Shown here piece by piece: positions 56,954 through 64,000 of a DNA stretch of 64,000 nt. Location: contig OZ025717.1 in the NCBI GenBank assembly GCA_964019335.1, positions 372,001-436,000 of the forward strand, read 5' to 3'. The position numbers and the translations under genes were made by a program. This DNA is from Diplonema japonicum (taxonomy: Eukaryota > Protista > Euglenozoa: Diplonemea). Every line of letters begins with the position of its first letter. The stretch's first letter is position 1. The notes under the pieces were generated by a model that saw nothing but the letters and a program-made list of their open reading frames with translations, was not told the origin of the DNA and did not search any database.

Positions 56954-57550
56954 TTACTGATGCATCTCAAGGGGTGAGCTCGAACTAGAATCCTTTGAAC
57001 TGTCACGCTGTGACAGAGTGTTGTTCAGGCAGGTGGCTTCAAGCTCTCTGAGTGCAAGGATGAACCCAAGGTTGGGGGAGATGGTGGGACGCTTCTTCAG
57101 GATCATATTGTATGCATGGTCGAGAGGTGTTTCGCATCTTATGATCAGGTACGCCAGGGTGAGAGCAGGGGAACGCGAGATGCCTTTCTTGCAATGGATG
57201 AGGACCTTCCCCCCTGCGCTACGTGCATCATCGATGAAGTGACAAACTGTTAGAAAGCAGTCTGCTATGGGAGCACCTACATTGTCTTTCAACTCCAGGT
57301 TCAACACACGCGACGGGGGGCAGACATTGCGGCTCACGGTGCACTCGGAGGCAGCGTTCACGATGTGCGTGATCCCGTTGGCACCCATCCATTCTTCATT
57401 ACAAGCGTCTAGATAACCTCCTATGAAGAGCCAGTCCTCAAACACACTCGACGCACCTCGATTGACTTCCTCCTGACGTGCCTCGACCACAGGCGGCTCA
57501 TCCACCACGACACATGAGTCGAGCTTCAAACACGGTCTCCCTCGTGCCAT
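56954..57550 (-). CDS. Dual-specificity protein phosphatase
   Basis: LFIGG, GITHIVNA, catalytic VLIHCKKGISRS, ISPNLGF. Confidence 0.92.
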   Translation of the reverse strand: MARGRPCLKLDSCVVVDEPPVVEARQEEVNRGASSVFEDWLFIGGYLDACNEEWMGANGITHIVNAASECTVSRNVCPPSRVLNLELKDNVGAPIADCFLTVCHFIDDARSAGGKVLIHCKKGISRSPALTLAYLIIRCETPLDHAYNMILKKRPTISPNLGFILALRELEATCLNNTLSQRDSSKDSSSSSPLEMHQ

Positions 57551-57642
57551 ATGCTTGCCTCCTGTAAAATAACATTTTGATAAATCAACACAGGGGAGGG
57601 GCTTTTAAAAAACGCGATGAGAAAACAAAAGGAGGATCATAA

Positions 57643-58080
57643 CTACTGGCTAGGTTTAGGTGTTGCGGGCTTATCACCTGGCGCGTCACTGAAGTCTGGA
57701 ATGACGACATCATCAAACACCTCCTGCCCAAATCTCCAAATTGTATAGAAGTAAAGTGCCAGTGCTGTGAAGGTGAGCAACAGCCCCATCCTGTTTACAT
57801 ATCTACGCTGCCTTGGTTCAAGGTGGTCTCTGTGGACACCGGCAACAGCTTCCTCAGCATCTTCGATAAGCTCTGCAATGGACGAGTTGGTGTAGGGCAC
57901 CCGTCTCAGAGTGACTTTAGCAGCAGTGGGGTTCCAGCGCTTCTCCTGTTCCCTTGTCGCCCCCATTCTTGGTAAAACATCTGACCTCTTCTGATGTGCA
58001 CCCCCAGCGTTCTTATCGTAAGTCGGATCAAATAAACTCAGGCACACCTTGCTGCCTGACAAAACACCCCGCCGTAGCAT
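57643..58080 (-). CDS. Small mitochondrial membrane protein, COA3/CCDC56-like
   Basis: MLRR presequence; TM followed by YFYTIWRFGQEVFDD, resembling the Coa3 YxYTxxxxxQExF motif. Confidence 0.6.
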   Translation of the reverse strand: MLRRGVLSGSKVCLSLFDPTYDKNAGGAHQKRSDVLPRMGATREQEKRWNPTAAKVTLRRVPYTNSSIAELIEDAEEAVAGVHRDHLEPRQRRYVNRMGLLLTFTALALYFYTIWRFGQEVFDDVVIPDFSDAPGDKPATPKPSQ

Positions 58081-58207
58081 ATTGCTGTCTTTCCCTGATG
58101 TGCTGTGTGAGGTAAAGAGAACGCAACTAAGAAATAAGATTATTTGTGTTGTCCAGAAAACATTGAAACAGGTGACAAATCAGGAACCAAATCACCCCCC
58201 CCCCCCC

Positions 58208-58391
58208 CAGGCTATGTTGGCAAGGAAATGCGTTTCCAAGCTTTTTTTGAAATAAGAAGAAACGGAACGGAATTTCCTAATAATAAGAACACGTTTCTAG
58301 AAGGAAATGTTTATTAAGTAAGTCTGAAATAAGGAAATGGAAATGGAAATGGAAACAGCCAAACAGAAACATTTCTTGCCAACATAGCCTG
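58208..58391. mobile_element. MITE-like element with ~22-bp terminal inverted repeats
   Basis: CAGGCTATGTTGGCAAG(G)AAATG...CATTTCTTGCCAACATAGCCTG; internal GGAAAT/GGAAAC repeats; no clear TSD. Confidence 0.7.
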
Positions 58392-58608
58392 GGGAGGGGG
58401 GTCCTAAGGGGGTCGTTTTTTTGCCATTTTTCAGTTTCTTCACCAAGGGCATTTTGGGCCCTTAAAAAAACTAGGGAACGTAAAAAAGGGGTCCATAGGA
58501 TTACACCAGTGATGGGTGAATCCTAATTAGGACTAGACCGGACTGGACTGGACCGGACTGGATCCAGCGTGAATTTCGACCCAATTATGCCAGACTGACT
58601 GGACTGAC

Positions 58609-58687
58609 CAGTGTTGGTCAGTCCCGTCCCGTCCCCTAAAACGGAATACGGGCCTGGACGGGACTCACGGGACTCTCCCCAACACTG
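58609..58687. mobile_element. Mini MITE-like element with CAGTGTTGG/CCAACACTG ends
   Basis: Same ends at 61667-61722 and a left end at 61293; internal GTCCC/GGGAC repeats. Confidence 0.55.
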
Positions 58688-59418
58688 TCATTATTTTTGA
58701 TAGTTTTGCAACCTTTTTTTTTTTTTTTTTTTTTTTTCCCTTTGGAAAAAAAAAAAAAAAATGGGGAAAAAAAAAAGAGAAAAAAATCCTTGATTTTTTT
58801 TGACATACATGATGTGTTTACCTTTTTTTTTTTCCTTCTTTTTTCTTGTCTTCTCACATTTTTTCGCACACCTAAGCCAAGCTGTTGTTTCTGCTTTCCG
58901 CATCAAATGTTGTATTTGGATGTAATAGAAAAGGGGGGAAATAATAAATAATATGTATAAGAGGAGGGTGTGTATGTTTATACAACCTGTGTAAACAGAT
59001 CGGTTCCTTGCTTTCAGCGCCGTGCCCCTAATGCGTGCGATGTACAGGAAGCCTCAACCCCTGCATCGCACTGCCTGTTTGTTGCACATATTTTCATGTT
59101 GTCCCCCCCCCCACCTGAAAATAATATATAGGAGACAAATATATGAGTTAAAGGAGGCCGGTGTTGGCAGCACCCTGCACAAGAACTGTCTACTTGATTA
59201 CAGGGGGCACACCGCGGCCGGGATGTAGCTTCTTCTGCGTTCCACATCGTGCCCTTAATCACTGCAGCCAGGTTGTAACTTCTTGCATTCTGTGTCATTT
59301 CCTTCACCACCACGGCCGGGTTGTAGCTTCTTCTGCGTTCTGCATCGTGTCCTTAATCACTGTGGCCGAGTTGTAGCTTTTTGTGTTCCGTGTCATTTCC
59401 TTAATCACGATGGCTGGC
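58670..59418 (+). repeat. Left arm of ~750-bp inverted duplication (includes 4 copies of a ~50-bp tandem unit)
   Basis: Reverse complement of 62060-62846. Confidence 0.9.
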
Positions 59419-60856
59419 GGCCGAGAGTCCCAGAGGGTGTGCTCCAGGAGCCTTGACGTATGTTGCGAAATGTCGAAAGTAGCGTCGCATCCCATGCATT
59501 TCATCCGCCCCCCAACCACGTCGTTGATGACCTTGGGATGGAACGGGAAAACGGCCCCCACTATCACCTGTAGCACCCTTCGAGCTTTGGGCGGATTTCG
59601 GGTCGCCAGGTGCAAGTGTAGCCCGTTGGTGGCCTTCTCGTCGATGTTGCCCATCCCCTGAAAGGAGGGTCTACTCTCTTCTAGGGCCGTTCGCAGGTGG
59701 ACCTTCAGGAGCTTCCTGACCTCGTGCTTCAGGCCCTGGACCCTTCGTCGCTTTGCATCATTCGCGCAAACGTCGTGATTCTGTGGTATGCGGCTGCTGA
59801 ATAAGGGTCCAGCCTGTGACCTTTGAAAGCCACCCCAAGGAGGGCTCCCAACGAGCGAGTCGGGTTGTGTGGGCCCCATATGCAAGAGGTAATCTTCTTC
59901 CTGAGGGAGTCCAGAAGCGAGTCTGTGGGCAGTGTGTAGAGCACTCCATAGAGCGCCGCTGGGAGGATGCAGTCCTCTATCAGTAGAGCCTTACGCGATC
60001 TTGTGATGTGGGTTACTGTGAGCCTGTCGACCGCATCCAGTGCCATGGTGAACCTGGTGTTCTTCGTTCTGGTGGGCTGCAAGCACACAGTGCACCCCAG
60101 CATAGTGATGCTTTTCACTGTTTCAAATACGGTGTCCCTCATTGCCAGCTTGCCTCTGTACCCCTTCTTGGTGCTGAAGGCTTTAGTTTTCCCCGGGTGT
60201 ACCAACATGTTCATCAGGTGGCAGAGCTTGTCCAGCAGGAGAATGGAACTCTGGACCACCCTCTCCAAGATCCTAGAGAAGAGGTATAGGTCGTCTGTGT
60301 AAGAGATGGGTAGGACTTCTGGGGATGTGGTGATGCATCGCCTGGTGTAGGCAGCAAGGATGGCATTGATGAAGACGGGCAAGATAGGGCATCCCTGGAG
60401 GATCCCATTTGTGGTGTGGAACACCTCCCCTACCCCACCTGGAAGTGCAAACGTTGGTTGAGGTTGGCATACATGGATCTCAGTGGTCATAGGATGTTCT
60501 CAGACATGCCCAGTCTCTCTGCCAGGTTGAATGTTAATGTGACAGGGATGGAGTTGAAACACTTCCTGAAGTCCACTGACTTCATACAGAGGTTCCACCC
60601 CCTGTCAAGCATTTTCCACTTGTGCACACACTTTGAAGAGTAGGTCATCAACACTGTGTTTTGGTCTAAATCCATGCTGTGTTGGGGTGATCCACCATTC
60701 CTGCCACTTGAGAATGGCTGGAAGCCTGGTGCATGCCCAAAGGTGGTAGAAGGCACTAGAAACCGTGATTGGGCAATGATCCAGGGGTTCCTCCAACTCA
60801 GAATTTCAGGATCATCGTGATCAGGGCTGTCAGGATGGCCTGTGGCCACATGCCAG
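59419..60856 (-). mobile_element. Degenerate, truncated non-LTR (LINE) retrotransposon reverse transcriptase
   Basis: Across frames: WPQAILTALITMI(L/P)K, (C/R)PITVSS, QHGFRPKHS, VDFRKCF(N/D)SI, GILQGCPI(L/S)P, Y(T/A)DD, ITMLG, C-terminal CMGC...EHTLWD. Frameshifts and premature TGA stops. Confidence 0.9.
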
Positions 60857-61813
60857 GGGTGAATCCAGTCCAGTCCGGTGTACCCAGCCGTGGTGAGAGA
60901 TATATGAGTTAAAGGACCTGCACAAGACTACTTGATTACAGGGGGTACACCACAGCTTCTTCTGCGTTCCGTGTCGTGTCCTTAATGTGTGCAGTGTTCA
61001 GCTCAACCCCAGCTGGGGTGTCCTGGGTAACCAGATTCTGCTCATGCAGGGGTGGGTCATTCCATTCCCTTCTGCCAAACTGAAAAGTCAGAGCTTGGTG
61101 GAACGGTGGAACGGTGGAACCAGTGGAACTGGAACTTGGTGGAACAGGGAATTCCTTACCTTTTTTTTTTTTTTTCCTCTTGCATCATCAAGGTTGAAAG
61201 TGGTGACTATATCACCACAACACTGACAGCACAATATTCCATGTCATGTCCTTAATGTGTGCAGTGTGCAGCTCAACACCAGAGCATCTGCACAGTGTTG
61301 GTCCAGACCCTTGAGGGACTCAGGGAACTCCAAGGGACAGGACAGGAGTCCCCTGAAATTTTCAGGGGTCTGGAGGGGACTCCAGGGACTGGAGGGACTC
61401 AGGGGACCTTGGGACCAAAAAATTTCTTTGTGTTTTTTGTCACAAAGGCCCAAATTTAGGCTGGAGCTTGCATTTTTTTGGCACTTTTGGTTTCAAAGGT
61501 TCAAAAAAAGAGGTCCTAGGTTTGGGTGGGATGTGAGGCAAGGCTCATACTACCTTGTTGTGACTATGTAAAAAAAGGGGAGACCTGCTTTGAAAAAAAT
61601 ATTAAAAGAGGCCTTTGCAAGAAAAGTACAATGCAAAAAAAAAAAAAAAGTAAAAAAAGGGATGGGCAGTGTTGGCCAGACTGGTGGTCTGAGGGTCTGG
61701 CCCACAAACCACCCCAACACTGCAAATTTTCGACACACATGATGTATGCAACACAGGGTGCACAATATACAAAAGGAAAAAAAAAAAAAAGATGCATGGG
61801 GGTGCTGACTGTT

Positions 61814-61844
<31 letters not shown>

Positions 61845-62059
61845 CTTTTATCCTCTTTTTCAGGTGGTGGGCATAACATGAAAATATAAGAAAAACATCA
61901 GATGTGTTGTTCACTGTTGACCTCCTCATCTGTCATCACTGAGCAAACCACATGAGCACAGAATCTTGGTTACCTGGGGTGCCCCAGCTGGGGTTGAGCT
62001 GAACACCACACACATTAAGGACACGACACAGAATGCAGAAGAAGCTACAACCTGGCCAT

Positions 62060-62846
62060 CCAGCCATTGTGATTAAGGAAATGACATGGAACACAAAAAG
62101 CTACAACTCAGCCATGGTGATTAAGGACATGATGCAGAATGCAGAAGAAGCTACAACTCAGCCATGGTGGTTAAGGAAATGACACAGAATGCAAGAAGTT
62201 ACAACCTGGCTGCAGTGATTAAGGGCATGATGTGGAATGCAGAAGAAGCTACATCCTGGCCACAGTGATTAAGGAAATGATGCAGAATGCAGAAGAAGCT
62301 ACAACTTGGCTGCAGTGTGCCCCCTGTAATCAAGTAGACAGTTCTTGTGCAGGGTGCTAACACTGGCCTCCTTTAACTCATCATATTTATCTCCTATATA
62401 TTATTTTCAGGTGGGGGGGGGGACAACATGAAAATATGTGCAACAAACAGGCAGTGCAATGCAGGGGTTGAGCTGTACATTGCATGCATTAGGGGCATGG
62501 TGCTGAAAGCAAGGAACCAATCTGTTTACACAGGTTGTATATACACCCTCCTCTTATACATATTATTTATTATTTCCCCCCTTTTCTATTACATCCAAAT
62601 ACAACATTTGATGTGGAAAGCAGAAACAACAGCTTGGCTTAGGTGTGTGAAAAAATGTGAGAAGACAAGAAAAAAAGAAGGGAAAAAAAAAAGGTAAACA
62701 CATCATGTATGTCAAAAAAAATCAAGGATTTTTTTCTCTTTTTTTTTTCCCCATTTTTTTTTTTTTTTCCAAAGGGAAAAAAAGAAGAAAAAAAAAGTTG
62801 TAAAACTATCAATAATAATAACAATGACAGTGTTGGGGAGAGTCCC
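62060..62846 (-). repeat. Right arm of inverted duplication, CpG-free
   Basis: Reverse complement of 58670-59418 with CpGs converted to TpG/CpA. Confidence 0.9.
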
Positions 62847-63100
62847 ATAAGCAGTGATGGGTGAATCCTAATTAGGACTAGACCAGACTGGACCAGACCA
62901 GACCAGATCTGGTGTGAATTTCGACCCAATTATGCTGGACTGACTGGACTGACCAGACTGGACCAGACCAGACTGGACTGGACTGAACCGGACTGTACAA
63001 GATACAACCACAACACCACATCCCCTTTTTTTTGCTGCAGAGTTCAAACATATAAACAGATGTCTACAAGAAAAGATGTTACACAGGTACTGAGAGACAA

Positions 63101-64000
63101 CAACCCAGGGCGCCCTGGCTAGGGTTGAGCTGAACCCCACACACATTAAGGACACAACATGGAGCACAGAAGAAGCTACAACTCAGCCACAGTGATCAAG
63201 GACACAATGCAGAATGCAGAAGAAGGCTGTGGTGCACCCCCTGTAATCAAGCAGACAGTTCTTGTGCAGGGCACCACCAACACCAGCCTCTTTTAACTCA
63301 TATATTATATCATTCAGGTGGTGGGGATAACATGGAAATATAAGAAGTACATCAGATGTGTTGTTCACTGTTGACCTCCATGTCAGTCATCACCAGTAGT
63401 GCCCAAGTGGAGAACATAATGCAGATGCTCAGGGTGATGAATTGGCAGCAAACTGCATGAGCACAGAATTTTGGTTACCCTGGGTTGCTACGGCTGGGGT
63501 TAAGCTGCACACTGCACACATTAAGAACACAACACAGAACACAGAAGAAGCTACAACTCAGCTGCAGTGCCCCCCTGTATCAAGTTAACAGTTCTTGTGC
63601 AGGTGGTGCCAACATGATGAACAGGCATTTCCTCCATCCACTTGGCCAGTCATCACCTGTAGCACCCTGAGTGGAAGAACAAATTGCAGATGCTCAGGGT
63701 GAGTAAACTACTTAGGGCACCAGCTGGGGTTGAGCTACACACCGCATGCATTAAGGACATGACACGGAACGCAGAAGCGGCCAAGGTGCACCCCCTGTCA
63801 CTGGTCTCCTTTACCTCTTTCATGTTATTTGGTGGTGGGGATCACAGAAATATGGAAATATAAGAAGTACATCAGATGTGTTGTTTGCTGTTGACCTCCA
63901 TGTTGGTCATCACCAGTTGTGCCCAAGTGGAGGAACATATTGCAGATGCTCAGGGTGATGAACTGGCAGCAAACTACACAGGCCCAGAATCTTAGTTACC
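63101..64000 (-). repeat. Head-to-tail array of degenerate copies of the ~320-bp repeat
   Basis: End of one unit (cctcttttaactcatat, ~63300) directly abuts the start of the next (ttcaggtggtgggg, ~63313); further partial units run to the window end. Confidence 0.85.

Noticed and set aside
59215-59410. Regularly spaced ~50-bp repeats resembling a CRISPR array
   Set aside because: Contiguous degenerate tandem units with no unique spacers, eukaryotic context and no cas genes.
58670-62846. DIRS- or Penelope-like element (RT between inverted repeats)
   Set aside because: RT motifs are LINE-type and no tyrosine recombinase or GIY-YIG is seen. The arms are composites of other repeats and truncate the RT.

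Overview
Eukaryotic nuclear DNA, most likely from a euglenozoan such as a diplonemid. This rests on three observations: the ATP synthase beta sequence is kinetoplastid/diplonemid-like, all ~26 supportable genes lie on the minus strand like a polycistronic cluster, and genes carry tiny (31-75 nt) GT-AG cis-introns. The genes are mostly housekeeping (ATAD1/Msp1, RPL36, NSRP1-like, ATP synthase beta, CLC, CDKAL1, F-box-JmjC, 2x RPS30, PEX11-like, MMS19, DUSP, COA3-like). There are also GC-rich secreted-protein genes (two GH18s, AOC/dirigent-barrel, Cys-rich, carboxylesterase) and unusual multidomain proteins, notably an acylated tandem pseudo-PDE/PDE. Two repeat islands (17.6-19.3 kb and 58.2-64 kb) contain a dead non-LTR retrotransposon, MITE-like elements and a ~320-bp dispersed/tandem repeat. 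The most striking signal is position-dependent, near-complete CpG->TpG/CpA erasure inside the repeat domain, while copies of the same repeat among genes keep their CpGs. This suggests a repeat-targeted methylation/RIP-like hypermutation system. Coordinates were counted by hand and no database searches were run.
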